64,000 nt of DNA, taken from contig NOWV01000109.1 in NCBI GenBank assembly GCA_003344405.1, positions 186,001 to 250,000 on the forward strand, written 5' to 3'. Made by a program: the position numbers and the translations under genes. How positions within the stretch are numbered: the stretch's first letter is position 1; the number at the start of each line of letters is the position of its first letter. The notes under the pieces were generated by a model, which saw nothing but the letters and a program-made list of their open reading frames with translations, ran no database searches and was not told where the DNA came from. The DNA is from Trichoplax sp. H2 (taxonomy: Eukaryota). This document shows positions 25,890-41,300 of the stretch, piece by piece.

Positions 25890-28800
25890 ATGGCAGCAGA
25901 CAAAGCTCATACGAAGTATAAAAAATTGAAACAGTCTGATAGGTATTCAAGAAAAATTCATCAAGTAGCCAATGCTACAAAGGTGCCAAGTCAAAAGCCT
26001 ACTTATTCTTGGCTAATAGTCGGTGCTATTGGTAAGTTACAATAGACAGCGACTAGATGTGATTCTATCGAAAGTAGCTACAGTAAATCGATGATAAAAT
26101 GTAAACTAAAAATCGGCTAATCTTTGTAGTCATATTAACATTTTAATGTTATTTATGTGCGTTCATATATTATCATCCAATTGCTAACTATTCATCTATT
26201 CCTACAATAATTTTTGCCTTCTCTAAAAGCTATTTCAGTTGGATATGTGCATAGGTAAGTTGTTTATAACTTAGTGCGTAATGATATTGTTGTAATTAGC
26301 GATGTTGTTACTTTTAACTAAGCGTTCTGACTTTCAATTCGATTCGTACGGTGGTAAAAAGTGTAATGTTCTCTTAAATCACATTTCCTGTGTTAGATTC
26401 ATAAGCTAACTGTTTTTCATTTTCTAATTTGCAGCCTCCATGTTTCGTCCATGTTTGAAAATCACATCTTTTTCTCCCACTTATCCAATGTAGAAAGAGA
26501 ATTATCCTTCCGGACAGAGATGGTACATCTTGCAAATAGTTTTAGAAGTGATTAAGAATCATGGACAATTTAGCATTTTAACCGCACAATAGGATTTCTT
26601 AGTCTTGATACTATCAAGATATTTATAATACAACATATTGGAATTAGAATATATGTAACGTACGATTAACAATCTGCGTATTCATAGTTTGCATCTTCAC
26701 TTTGCTTCTTCTTGGAATAGGGACTTTATTACTCATATTATAAGAATCTTGTTGAAGCGGATACATGGGCTAACGGTATGACAGCTATGGTTCGAGATAG
26801 GGTAACGGAATTTCCTGAGGAAATAAACACCTTACAACGATTTAACCTATACCCAGAGGTAGAGAAATGTACTATATGTACTACTTCGCATAATCAAGTT
26901 GATTTAATTATGCTATTAAGATTGTGCCTTCATTCTATCGATAAACCAACGTAGCCATTTGTACATTTTAAAAACAATGACAATTATCCTTTACTCTTTC
27001 ATAAATGGCCTGTAATAATTATAATTAATGTATGAAGACCCATAGCACTTGTAACTATTACCTACTGCCATGTTTAATCTTGACAAAATAATACTGCACG
27101 ATATATACCGAATATTCTTAATGGTAGGTTATCGTTGGAAGCGCCTATCGTTATTTGCTATCGTTTGGAATATTTAAGCGCACATGCTATCAAATAAATA
27201 GAGGCTCCAATCTTCCGCCTGTTCAAAGTTGTGAAGGTAATACGCTTTCTACTTACATTTTGAGAATTGTTTTTATACAGTACTAATAATCGTTAAAATG
27301 TTATTGTAATGCCCAAACCTGCACTTTAATGTGCTTAATTATATATATTAATTCAATTATTGTATTTTGATTTCTTATAGGAATGGGGGAACCTATATAT
27401 TTTTATGTAAGTGCCATCTTTTTCCTGAGCGGAGTAATGATGGCAGCCTTCTTTCTGTTGTGCTATGAAGTTAGGTATACTACCATGATCATAAACCTGA
27501 CTCAGTTGCTTTTTAATCTGTAAATTTAATTCGTGTAATTGATATAAAGCATTTAGTTTATAACTGTTGTCTGTAATCATAGCGGTAACATACTTGGCGG
27601 CTTGGTTGGAGTTATCTGCTACTTTTATAACCATGGAGAAGTAAGTTAAAGAGTTTGTAAAATTGGCTACAAATGCAATGAATGGAAAAAATTTGAAGTA
27701 AACCGTGCCAGAAATAAATTGTAATTTTGCAAATTGCTATAGTGTACTAGGGTCCAATGGACTGCTCCTTTAAGAGAAAGTTTCTCTTATCCTTTCCTTA
27801 TTATTCAAATGTTGGTTATTACCAAAACTCTGAGGTAATATAATAGCTCTATATTTGCACTCGTGAATCTACTTAGTTAAACATTCCTTGAAAATGCATA
27901 TTTTTTTATATCGGCTTAACAATTTATAGAGTCTTCTATGTTGTTATATAGGCTACGTGTGATAAGTAATAGCAGGCCTTGGGCGATAGCAATTTGTACT
28001 TTGATGTTTATGCTTCCATGGCAGTTTGCTCAGTTTGCATTATTAACCCAGGTTCTTATATCCTAATAGTACTCAGTTTACTTGTATGAGCATGTATCTA
28101 AGAGACCTTAAAGATTGACCAATTTTTCTATTAGCTCCTTGCACTTTCTGGCTTACACATACTTCACTTTGTAACAGCGGAAAAGTTATCATGCATAGTT
28201 AAAGGGCTATTAGTAAGTTCAAATTTATGGTGTAATCATGCTGAAGTTGCATTAATAACGGCATGCTAAGATATTTAAAATCATTAATTCTTTGACTAAT
28301 TTATTCTAGATTGCTCTATTCGCTAATTTTATACTACAATTTGGTAACAGCATGTTACTGACGTAAGTCTATCGATTTTTTAATTGTTTATAAATAACAT
28401 TATAAAACATACATGGACTGGTGGCAGAGTTTGATATAATCAACTATAGGATTAGAAACTAGTAATTACCATAATGATATTCGTGTTTATCTATGTATAC
28501 GTATACAGACGTACACATTGATTATTAGAATTTCTAGTAATAGTATATCTAGTTGGATAGCATATGCAGTATTTACTTGCACTAATTACTTCATTATATT
28601 AAGATCATCCACTTTATATTACAATATAGATCATATTATACCTCTGGATTGATAACAGTCTCGGTACGATGAAAATTTCTGAACTGATTGCTATTTCTGC
28701 AATGGATTTTTATTATGTTTTCGCTACAATCCTATTAAAGTTCTTACTTGCCTTTTTCCATTTAGCTTATGTTATTAATAAGTAGGATTGTATCATTCAC

Positions 28801-31032
28801 TAGCTCCAAAGTCATAATTGTGGTAAAATTTAGCTTAATTTTAATCACTTTGGAACGTCAATAGAAAGTACATCGCTTGCACTCATTCGAATATTTCTGG
28901 TTTGATATATAAATAGGTTACTAAGATAGTTGCATTGCTTGGAGGGACAATTGGAATTAAGTTTATCTTAAATGTGATATTAGCCGTTAAAGATGATGTG
29001 AGTTAGATTAATATCGTTTAAGACTGTCAATTTCACATCATGTTAGCGAGAGCCTTATCTTAAGCTTTCAAAAATCTTACTGGCTATATGATTACATAAA
29101 AGCTATTTAGTAACGATAGTTTAACTTAATTCAGTATAAACTTACGAATTCTTTTGCTCTGCAATAATGGTTGATAGGCTCGTATAATTATTGATTCATG
29201 AGTATTTCGCTTCTTGCTTTAATTCTTAAATTTTTACTTTTTATAGGAACATATAGGTAATCTACTTCGCTCGAAGTTTTCAGATTATAAAAATTTTGAC
29301 ACGATGTTGTACACGTGTGCTGCAGAATTTGACTTCATGGCAATGGATGTAAGTTTTCGACGATTATAGACAACTATCAATTGAATACAATGTAACTATG
29401 TGTGTATGTACCACATTCGTTATAGATATACATAAAGCTGTCGAAGACTTTGGTTCTACCCTTGGCCTGTCTCTGTGTGATTATCATTACATTTCAGGTT
29501 TAATTCCTTTATCAACTACCTTTTTGAAAGCAGTAAAGGGGTCGGCTAATTTCACTTACCCGATTGCTAATAATTGGCTAGGTCATTATAAAACTCTATT
29601 ATTCAGTTTATAAGGAGAAGAGTAAAGATAGTAAACAAGATAGTAACGAAACTTTGGAAAGGTACAGGGCTGCAGTTAAGATGATCGTCGATATGCTTAC
29701 AATATGTATCGACTGTCTCATATGTTTAGATTCTACTTTACGCTTCTTGACATTACCCAACCTATCTAATGTTGAATGAATATTCATGTAACTCCATTTT
29801 TAGTAATTTCATGGAATCAGAGTCACATATTGTATACCATGTCGTCCAAGCAGCAGCTTTTTGCATCATGGCTACACTTATTATGCGATTGAAGCTCTTC
29901 TTTACTCCACAGCTTTGCTTACTGACTTCTTTAATAGCTTCAGAAAAGGTAAATTATTTCTAGCTATAATAGATTACTTTCTAAATTATATTGTGGTATG
30001 ATTCTATTCTGATTTTCTTTTTGGTGTGTCAGATTGGAAAAGTTCTTAAAGGCTATTCAAGAGTTAGCGCTGTTTTTGTCATTATTGGGCTCATGTCTAT
30101 TCAGGGTTATGCAAACCTTAAGGAGCAAATAGTATGTTCATAATCAGTTATTTAAGTGGTAAATCATCGCATATCTGAAATGACGTAATTTTAGGATCTT
30201 ACCTTTTCATCTTTCTTGAATGATAGAATACAAATGGTGAATACTCAAATGTACCAATGGAAGAACTTGTAGGTTGCTAATTGTAGCTATTCCTGATGAA
30301 CTATGATTGTAATGAAATTTAAGTGGACATGATGATCTTAATATTTCCTTTTGTAAACTAGATGGAGTGGATCCAGAGTAGGACACCACGTGGTAATTAT
30401 TCAAAACTATGGCTAGGCAAAATCTAGCTTTACTAGTGCAAATTACGTAGCGAAGAGCAATAGTGAATATTTATATGCCTTTATTTTAGATGCTGCCTTT
30501 GCAGGCACGATGGGAACTATGGCTACAGTCAAGTTATGTACCGGTCGGCCGATAGTTAATCATCCTCACTATGAACATGAAGGTCTAAGGTAGGCTATGT
30601 AGCAAGGCATAATTCATTAAATTATTTTAAGTAACGGTAAGAAACTTAACGTACTTATGCAACTTATTCCGCCAATTATTTGAACAATAGGAATCGTACC
30701 AAGCTTGTTTACGAAATATATAGCAGAAAGTCGCCAAAGGTCGTTTATAAAACTTTGAAGAAATTAAAAATAAACTACGTAATTATGGAACCAAGCCAGT
30801 GTCAACAACGCCCAAAGTAAGAATAATTAGCCTTCAATGCTCATGTTTCACTGTAAGTATAACGTTATATGATATGTCTTTATGAAGGGCTGGCTGTAGC
30901 ATACCTGAATTATACGATTTGCAAGATTTTCAAAATCGTGATAAATCTTCGACGTGCGATCAAATAATCAGAAATCCTAAACCTTTTACGCTGGTATTTA
31001 ATAACCATGGTTACTACGTTTACCAATTATGA
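25890..31032 (+). CDS. DPY19L: DPY19-like C-mannosyltransferase (multi-exon)
   Basis: Exons encode [97 protein letters not shown] and [12 protein letters not shown], all typical of DPY19. Start ATG 25890, stop TGA 31030-31032. Confidence 0.93.
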
Positions 31033-31784
31033 GATTATTTCACTCTTACTGATATTCATATTTTGATTTGGCATATTTTAAAGTATTGTATAAGTTATAG
31101 TAACATTTTATACTCGAAGAATTCCTCAATATTAAACTGCAAAGGATTCAAATAGATTTCTTAAATTGAAAATTTCTTCACTTGAAATTTTCGGACCAAA
31201 TCTGTTCATGATATTTCAGCTGCCACGTTCTGATCTATCGTATACTATTCTATTTCTATTAATGATTTCTTAACTAACAAATGGCAATCGCTTTATGTGG
31301 TCAATCTAATCTTAGTATAACAGTACGGTCTATAGAATATTATCGTGATGAGACTGAAAAATTTGAGATTCATTAAATTATGAAATAAAGCGATACTTTA
31401 TTTTTTATGTTATTTAATTAAAGTAGAATATTAGCATTAAGATATGATAGAAAGTAAAACATGAAGATGATTCTATAATCTAGTCATATTAGCTTAAGCT
31501 GCTAGCTAGCAATCTTTAATCAATAATTTTTTGTCAATGAAAGCCGAAAAGATAACATAGCAATACAATCTTGCAACATTGTAAATTTGGACTTTATTAA
31601 CGTTTAACCTACAAGTATAACCAATAATCTTTATGGATTAGAAAAATGCACCGACTCTACTTTACCAGTAGACTTGTAACTTGTTACATGCTTAGAAACT
31701 AAGACAGTATTTTTAATCATTTTTCGAAATTCAATCTAATAGAAGTTGGTGGAAATAGTGATTGTATTACGTATACAACTGTGC

Positions 31785-33804
31785 CTAGTAATAGGTACAG
31801 TTGTTAGAAGAATACTGAGTACAAATTGAGTTTGAAGTTGTTTCTTTGTACTCAGGAACCTTGTCCAGTCCAGAACCTATTTGTTTATAAGAAAAGTGGT
31901 TAATTCTCACACGTAAAATGAAGGACACCTACTATAGTAACAGGGAGAATCATAACGTTAGTTACGAAGGAGGCGGTCTAATATTTTTAAGAACGAGGTG
32001 CCTCTTTATTCATTAATTTTAATTGTTATTCGTCGAGAACTATGAATAAATGGCCTCAGTCCGCGATACCTGTAATTAAGTTGTGCATATTGCAATAGTT
32101 TGTTCCCTTGTCAAGGATAGCAAAGAAGATTGTAGATTTAGAATATCCCTAATATCGCGTATAAAAGAAAATTGATAACCTGATTAACAGTAACCGAAGA
32201 ATTTACAATCAGCTATACATTAAGAGATTGCTAATTATTAGTATCTTAAGTGAGCAGTAGGAAATAGTTAAAGGATCATTTAATCAACGTTACAGTACAG
32301 GTACGTATAGGCATGCTATTAAGTTACCTTTGACATGCAGGTTGAACTTGTTTTTGATGGAAAGAATAAGAAAGTTAAATCGTCGACATAACGGTGAACG
32401 GGTGTTGCATGAGAAGCTCTAATTTGCGTCGAACTAGCACTTAGCAACTGAAAGAGACAAAAAAATTAATGCATTATGCAATCAAGATGAATGCTGAAAC
32501 CAGTACAAGCTACTTTCTGCATCTTACTTTGTAATTACAGCTTTCCCTGGCACTTGGTGCACAACTGCTAGTACTCCATTTTCTGATTTGTTTGACAAGT
32601 TGAGAACTGACTTGAGAGCAAGGAATACCAAAGTTCCTATATTGATCATAGTATGATTGTACGATATATTGAAATGCATGGAGACAAGTGGAATTTTAAA
32701 TTGGAGAACAAATTGAGGTGTTTTGTTAAACAAAGATAATTTATTAATGTGTTGTAAGTATCATAGACTACTCAACACTAATAATTATAATCCTATTTTG
32801 GTAGTACGAGTCGATGTCTGTTATAGTATCATTTGATCACATTTGGGTAAGATGTCGTTGTTGATCAATTTAATAGCTTCTTTATCATCAGCATGAGCTG
32901 AGCAATCAAGTCTTCAATCATGTCAGTTAGGATCAGAGAAACTGAATATGATGAAATCATATAGCATTGATAGCAATTTTTAATCGATCTTGATCTTGAT
33001 TAAGTTTGTTTTAGTAGTATTTAATTTTATTTGTTCGTTGTAATTATTAGCACAAACTATCGAGCTATTCTTATCATTGATTCAATGTTGATACGATTTA
33101 GTTATTAATGTATTACTTCATCACCAGCTTTAGCTGAATCTACTTACTAGAGATCCTATAATCGAGTCACTGTATTAGTATGAGAAAGTTTTTATGATAG
33201 TGCAATCGTTTCGTGACGATATTGACCTATGTTTGAAAGTTGATGCAATTTAGACATTCATTTATCCCACACTCGTGTTAGCCTAGTCTACCTTCAGTCA
33301 AGTACTATATCATAGCGATATGGAGCTAATCCTATCTTTGATTTCAAAGTTGATTTCATTAGATATTACATTAATAACGACGCTGCAGTGAAGTATACTA
33401 CAGGAATTTGTTAATAACGGGAACGTTTCTATGATGGTCAAGTAGCTGTGCGTAGAATACATGTAATATCCAGGTACAGTAGAAAATGATGCCATGAAAC
33501 AGACTGATGATGATGTACTTGGCGATCTTCTAAATGCTCTAACAATCACCAATACAAGATGAAACTCAATCTGAGCTCATATCAAAAAAACATCAATAGC
33601 ACTAGCATAACAATATTGAAAACAGTTGTAAAAAATGGCAAAAATAGATGATCAAAATTGCAAATGGCCATTCTTGTCCGATTACGTTATCACACAAGCT
33701 TACCAGGTAATATGGCATGATGCATGAAATGGAAAACCTTGACTAGAGTCAAGAAGTATAACAGAAAATGCAGCAACAATAGCTAAGAAGCGGATTGATT
33801 TCAT
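31785..33804 (-). CDS. Small secreted Cys-containing uncharacterised protein (~170 aa, 5 exons)
   Basis: Phase-consistent exons: MKSIRFLAIVAAFSVILLDSSQGFPFHASCHITW (33704-33804) | NFGIPCSQVSSQLVKQIRKW...ESCNYK | LLSASSTQIRASHATPVHRYVDDLTFLFF...CMSK | GYSKSTIFFAILDKGTNYCNMHNLIT | GSGLDKVPEYKETTSNSICTQYSSNNCTYY*. Confidence 0.85.
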
Positions 33805-34755
33805 GATTGGATAGGATGAGCTAATGGTGATAGTCTCCAATACTGCCAAGAAGAATATCGCGAAATGTTGTTCTGGTCTGCTAAGATTGGATAGCGTTGC
33901 CGTGGAAAACTTAAACCAAGTTGCTATCGATGACCAGCTATAGAGTGCATCAAGACGGTATCCACAGCCATAGTAAGGATAACAAAAAGCAGCGATGCCA
34001 TGTTGCTCTTATCTAGTGGCGTTATCATCACTCGGTTATCACGTGAGCAAGTTCAACACTCTAGCCTAGTAGAGTGTATGAGATAACATTCATACCTTAC
34101 ATCGAGAGGCGTGGTTACCGTAACATCAAGCATGCGTCGATCCGATAGGTCTAGGAAATCCATACTGTACAGCAATCATCTTCCATTCAGTCATATAGAG
34201 TACAGCATTCAGTATCAGGGTTAGGGTGGAAAGAAGTGCAAGCAACTTGTGGAAAGCTTAACAAGAGATCATGCAAACATGAATAATTTTGTGGGTTATT
34301 CGTTATAATCTATACTAGTTGGAATACTTTTTCCTACAGTATTTGTAACAATCTGCAACTTACAAACTCATCCACTGTCCGTAGTTCCCCTTTTGCCCTC
34401 TTTTACTGTACTACAAGTCAGTAGAAGTAAGCAATCGCCAACGGCTATAGTGAGACCTAATAGTACTAGCACGGTTGCGCAGTTGGTGTTGGACGATCTT
34501 GCTGTCACCAATTGCAGAGAGTGCGCATGACAACAAATGTATGATAGGATTGTGCCTAGTTTACTACTGCAGACTTAATGATTTAGACTAGGAGTAGATG
34601 TCCTTCATTCAGTCAGTATGCTCGTACAACCCAAAGAGTTATTTGCATGCTAGGTTATTGGAGGCCATCTCTCGAAGATTATGATTCAAGACTGCATTAA
34701 TTTTATGGAATACGCCATGATCTAGCTCTAAGTGGAAGCAAAAGTGAGAGACAAC

Positions 34756-37387
34756 ATGCAAGCACATCATCAACAGGATAAATTTTGCTATGATAGGCCA
34801 GGTTATCGTCAATCTCGATGGGAGCGAGCAGTTAAAGTATGTAAATACGCCATCATAATCTCATACTCGTCATGTACGCTTATACCATATATTGGTATTT
34901 CGAGCTCCAATCTCATGGATAAGTTGATCATTATCACAAAAAATCCTCTAATTGAACGTGTAATTTCCATCAAACATCTGGTTATACCAATTAGCCTGCT
35001 TATTGCTGTACTAGAGTTTCCAGTGATGGTTGTCCTACCACAGACGTTTATGAAAAATCATAAATACGATGGTTGAGAACATATTACTCGAATCAGCAAG
35101 CCATTCAATGGCATCATGTTAGCTATGATAATAATCGAAACTCTTCTTATTTAACGTATTGCTTCCATCTAACGTTCTTTAAGAGTAATCAGTCTGCGAT
35201 AGGCTTGATGACTTTACTACTGGTTTTAGTTATCACCCCATGCTAGAAATTTGGGGATAAAAAAATCGTCAATGGTTACTGAAATCATGCTACTCAATCA
35301 TCAAAAGATAAACTACAAAAAATAAATAGAACATCATCGAATGTGTCTTACGCATATGTAGGTTCCTATGGCGGTAATAATACTTTATATATTGCAATCG
35401 TTTAGGAAGCACAGATGATTGCTGAAATCATGCCATCTAGAACATCATAGTAGTCGTAGCAATAGTCTAAAACGCTTCCAATTAAACATACAGTATTGCT
35501 TTCCACTTAAAGTTCAACAACTCGAATCAGTTCATAACCTGTCTTATTAGTGTACAATAACTTGAATTCCTCCTTAATTCATCCAATTATCTATCCATTA
35601 TGGGCTTATAACCATTTCATAAAACGGTTTGTTTCGTATTCTGCATCCATGTCTCTCACTTTATCAAGTTGAGGTTCTTGACTGAGATTATTTACCTTGA
35701 TCTGAAGCTATTCAACTCTTCATGCTATCAAATTAAAATAATGTTAACTCAATTTGGTATGTAATTATCGGCCATTTCTATCATGATAGGTATATACGGT
35801 AAATCAAGAATCCCAATACTTGCTCATACAAGGAGTGCCAGCTGTAGGAGCATGTCAAGAATTGATCGAGCTATTCGCTATCTACGGAGCAATTCAAGAG
35901 TACGTATGTTTACACTTTAATGCGTAGCATATGCATAGTATATACGCGCAAACAACTCGAACCAGTACATTACGAACAAATCGACACCAGATCAATAGTC
36001 AAAGTCTACTCCATCTGTCTATTGTAGAGTAGTCAATGTTTATTTCTCTCCTATACCTCTAATACAACTTGTAGATATCGTATATTGGATGAATACCCTA
36101 CAGAAGAATTTACGGAAGTCTACTGGATCAAATTTCAAAGAATTGATGCTGCAAGGTAAAATTTAAGCAATGTCTACCCATATACAATACCATTCCTGTT
36201 TTTACGTTATAATCAATCAATACTGAAGTTGCTCTCTTACTATACTAATTTTCATAATGTTACTACTTCTTGAGTTAGATATGCTAAGAAAAAACTTGAT
36301 AACAAATCATTTATGGGAGGCATCCTACATGTATGCTATGCACCTGAATATGAAAATCTTGCCGATACACGTCAGAAATTGTTACAAAGAAAAAGAATTA
36401 TTTCTAAGAAACTAAATACAAAGGGTTTGTTTCTGCAAAGCTATCACAGTAGTACAACTAATTTGAGTTATAATGTATGCTATATTGACTTTTCATTTTA
36501 TATAGTGTGCCTAAACTCGGTACAATATTGACTATCTGTCTTACATAATTTGTTACGTAATTTATCTCCTGTTATAGATCAGACCTTAATCGATGAAGAT
36601 AAATCGTCAAGACCTCCTACAACTGCGGCTAGTCATAATAATATGCAACCCAGATTGGGCAATATCCAGCCAGGAACCGATAGAATTGATAGGCGAAAAA
36701 GAAAATTGAACGAATCTCAACAATCATCTTCAAGCTCTTATCAAAGTTACCTAAAGCTTAATATTCCATTAAAATCGTCGCCAGATTTACCAATAGTGTA
36801 AGTAAGCTTTGATAGTCTGATTTTGTATTGTTGTTTCATTCAAATCTGTTGATATTATTTGTATTAATCTTCCATCAACGATAAAGCTATACGTTTGCTA
36901 CATAGGTTGTGTAGCCTTTCTACTAGTACAAAAATAAAATGATGATTGTTTTTTATTATTTTTCTAGGAGTGACATAATGAAAAATGCTACAATTATTAG
37001 TAATAGACCACTACAGGATGTGCCTAATGATCCAAAAATTAGAAATGTACGACTCATGAAAGCCTCGATACCCATTTTCGATTGTTATATTACATTTTAA
37101 AGTGATTCACTCATTATAGTCAATATAGTTGTTATCATGATGATCAAAATTAAAAGCTTTTCCGCATATTTATATGTAGCTGCCAGTAGGATCTTACGAA
37201 GCTACCATCCTTGACGTTAGAAGTAAAATAAAAAAGGTCATTTATATATTAAAATAATGCTGTAATTGTGAGTTTCTAATAGATACTTTGTGATATTAAT
37301 ATTTTAATATTACTATTGTAGGTAGTAGAAGAGCCACCTTCAGTTGCTAAAAAGTTGAAAAAATCGACGAAGAGATTCAGAATTTAG
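34756..37387 (+). CDS. RBM48: RNA-binding motif protein 48 (minor spliceosome RRM protein)
   Basis: HHQQDKFCYDRPGYRQSRWERAVK|VYTVNQESQYLLIQGVPAVG...LFAIYGAIQE|YRILDEYPTEEFTEVYWIKF...AR|YAKKKLDNKSFMGGILHVCYAPEYE is the RBM48 signature. The C-terminal exons are less certain; stop TAG at 37385-37387. Confidence 0.9.
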
Positions 37388-38395
37388 TTATTGTATATAT
37401 TTACTTTTTATCACGTAATCGTAATCACTTTGAATAAGATGTACAGGAAAAGACTATTTGAATATACGTGTAATTGTTATATGATTTTTATGCAAGATGT
37501 TGTGAGATCATTTACTTTTGTATGCACGGTAAGTTCCTATTTTAATTCTGATAGTAAAATCAATATTTTTTACGTTTCCAACCATGTATGATAAAGTTGA
37601 AAATTTCACCTCATGGAATATCGTGTACATTTTTTATTACTATTTAATTAGGTAATATTTGCTGTCTCTGATCATGGTGTTTATAATAAGCAATTACTTA
37701 AAGGAAAATTTCTCGTTTGTTACAATAGTTATCCATGATGTTATCAGTTTATTAATATACGAACTTGACTTCTAGTATACCATTTATTGGGTTATAACCA
37801 TGCTACAATTTAACTCAAAAGTTGATACTAACACATGATTACATGCTGTTATGATAATGAAAGCTTTATTAATAAACGCGTCAATTCTATAGGCTTTTTA
37901 CCACCATAATTTTCCTAATGAACTTATACATTTATATCTAAATTATGCTTTATTAAACTACTAAAAATCTTAACTTCTACAGTGTATGTATGTATCGTAT
38001 AAACGTAATATCGTAAAACCCTAGAAAAATATTCTTGCCTAGTGAACGTTGAAAGTTTAAAGATAGCATGGAAATTAATACTATCATTTAGTAAAATGTA
38101 GTGAAAAATCTATTGGCCTAGGTCCTACATTGTTTAAATCATGTTGGGTACTGAACAATATTTCCTTGCTTTATCGCATAATTTCAATATATATCGTATT
38201 GGTATTAAGAACTTAGAAAAACCAACTTGAATCAAGATACAAGTAGTTTGAGTCTGATGTGCAATAGTATGTTATTCGTACTAATACGGTGGAAAAAAAT
38301 TGAATTAAAGAATACATCATAGCAATTATCAATCTATTTTGGATATCTACCCATAATCAATCAAATACTAATTTCCAACTTTAACCAGATAATAA

Positions 38396-41300
38396 TTACT
38401 GCAAAACTAGTCCGATCTAGATAGAACAAAAAATATTACAATAGTCAGTTCAGAATAACAGTAACGCAATTAAACCAATCAACCCGAAACGTTGTAGTAA
38501 ATTTAATCGTGGATTATATCATACCTTTTCTGATTCCATAGCAGGACATCGATAATTATAGAAGTAATATTGTAAATTTCCATCTCCGATGCCAAATTTA
38601 AGATTTTCTAAGAATTGCTTATTTTCCATTAAATCCAATGCATTCATTACGTCAAAGTTTGCCTACCATATAAATATTACATTGATAAAAAGCAATTATA
38701 TTTTATACCTTTCGCTTTCAGAAATCTATCAATTACATGACTCTACGTTATCGTGCATCTTAGATTGTACATATAATACATTACATTTTTAGCAATAATT
38801 AGCGCGTCCTGTATTAAGTCCTGCAGAGGAGTCTTGGTGTGGAATGTGTAAAATAAATATGCCGCGGACAGCTGGTTATAAGTTGGGTTATTAATTATAC
38901 TTGATGGTAAAGAGTAATAACTAAACATATCGGTAATATCTCCTTCGCTATCCTAAGAAATTGATAATAAATTGTAAAAGTTATTTCAACGTACAAAAAT
39001 CGGTTATACCAGAATGCTTATACTAGTACAATTTGTCCACGCATCAAGTATATACCTCCACAACATAAGAAGTAACAACTCCTTCCACAGGTAAAAACCA
39101 ATGCTTAAATTCGTCCTAGTAAATTTTAACATAAATATTCATATTTACAGGCATTTCCTATGTAACTTAATTCCACTAAGAAATTAACATTTATCTAAGT
39201 TTTACCTCATTAAATACTGGAGCTAGTTGGAATCGAGAGAGATACTAGCAATAGAAATAACATTATAAATATTAAAAAATGTTTTTAATTAGTTGCTATA
39301 CTGAATGCCAAATATCCTATATGTACCTCATTTAACTTCTTACAAGCGACTGGGACATCCTTAGCTTGAATTAAACGTAACCCTGGAACTTTAGTCTCCT
39401 TTATAAACCCAATCAATAGATTCTTTTTAGAATTACATAAACAGACAATTGTTTTAGGCCAACGATAATATTCTCTAACCTGAGGTAGGCGATACAACTT
39501 AATTGTTCTCTGCATGGTCATATTGCGCCCCAATTGAGAGAACTTGATATCAATTAATTTCTTAGGATTTAAGGATCGATGCCAATACCTAACACATAGT
39601 AATAACAGGACAGGTTACCGTTTAAGCAGTACATTATCAAATATCTCCTTTTAACTTAAAATAACGAAAGAAAAAATCATAGATTATCGACCTGCACGTG
39701 GCGATAGGCTTTGGAATGACAATACCAGCAGTAAAAACTGCCTTGAAAATACCCTCTAAATGAACACGACGAGTAATTTCTTTTATAAGAACAGGAGCAA
39801 CACGCTTACTCCTCAGTTTCTTATGAACACATAAGAAATTAATTTCCACCAGTACTTCATTCCTACAGTAGACGCACAGTACATTAAATCTACGATACAT
39901 ATAGAATCCAAACGAAATCTGTCGAATGGACACTGCATATTGAATCATCTACGAGATTAATATTTAACATACAGATCATCATGAGCTCGCATATGAGCCG
40001 GAACACCGCTTATGAAAGAGACCAACTTGCGACTTGTTTCAACTCGGACACCACAGTGCCAATTTTTTTTATAGCCAGGTGGTTTCAAGGCCCTAGCGCA
40101 AACAAATGTTATTATTGTAAGTACGTATGCCATATTAAAGGATTCCGATTGCGAATATCCAAAAATTAATCAACACGTTCCTTATACACACATAATCATA
40201 AAGTATTAGTTATCTAATATTTAATATATCTATGATAATTACCATATCAGGAATTCAGGTGAGTAGTTAAATCTAAACATGTTGTCATCATCTTCAACAT
40301 AGTTACCAGATAACAATTCGTAGAGTTCCTTAAGCTAGTCGTGATAAAATAAACTTTTTAATACAATGACTGATGAAATGTACAGTATCATTCGATTGTT
40401 TAAAAAAATGTATGATTATAAATTCCTTCTTGATTTAGTTAAGCTATCAGCTTACTTGAGCGGCGTCTTCAAGGTCTAGAGTATCCCAAACAAATCCAGG
40501 GGGTAAGGAGTAAGAATTCTTGCGAACATCATCCTTATCTGCTTCAATTGCACCACATTGTGTTGGACTTTCATCTAGCAAATAGATAGTTACAGCAAGA
40601 AATAAATATCATCGATGCCAACAATTTGTAGGGAACTTGATAACAGATAAAAAAATTTTTTGATTCATTACTTTAAGAAAGTATTCTAATAAATGTCAAA
40701 TTTCAAATTTAAGTTTAACACAAGTTTTGCTAGTAAACGCCTGATGGTAACAGTAGCAGAAAAGGACAGCAGGATTGAATAATTACGTATTGCGCTACGT
40801 ATTGATAACTGATTCATTCATTAATATAGTGATACGATATGCGTGGATATACCTTTTTGAGGTAGTATAAGTAAAGACTAAAGTTTACTTGATAACAGTA
40901 AGTAGCAAAACTTGCAACTACGGATTGTTACGAAATGTCATCAAGACTGATCTTTATTATTTTCAATCTAAGGTAAATAAACTCAGTTAGATTGACTTAT
41001 GTTGAGTAGTAATCTAGTACATAACGTTTACCAATTAGGAATAGCTACTTCGTTTAAATACTATTCTATATACATAGTAAAGTAAACGATGATGATCAGC
41101 CATAGATAGTAAATTATTGATAAAGAAATGTATAGGTATGGTTAGAGTAATTTAACTGAATAGTAGTTCAGTGTATAGCTTTTACTTTTACTGTAGGTAT
41201 ACTGTTTTATCACTACTCATTTATAATGTAAAAGCTAGTAGTTCTAGTGCTTAATATGGTATTTAAGAGGGACTTTACTTTAGAGCATTTTACTAAGACG

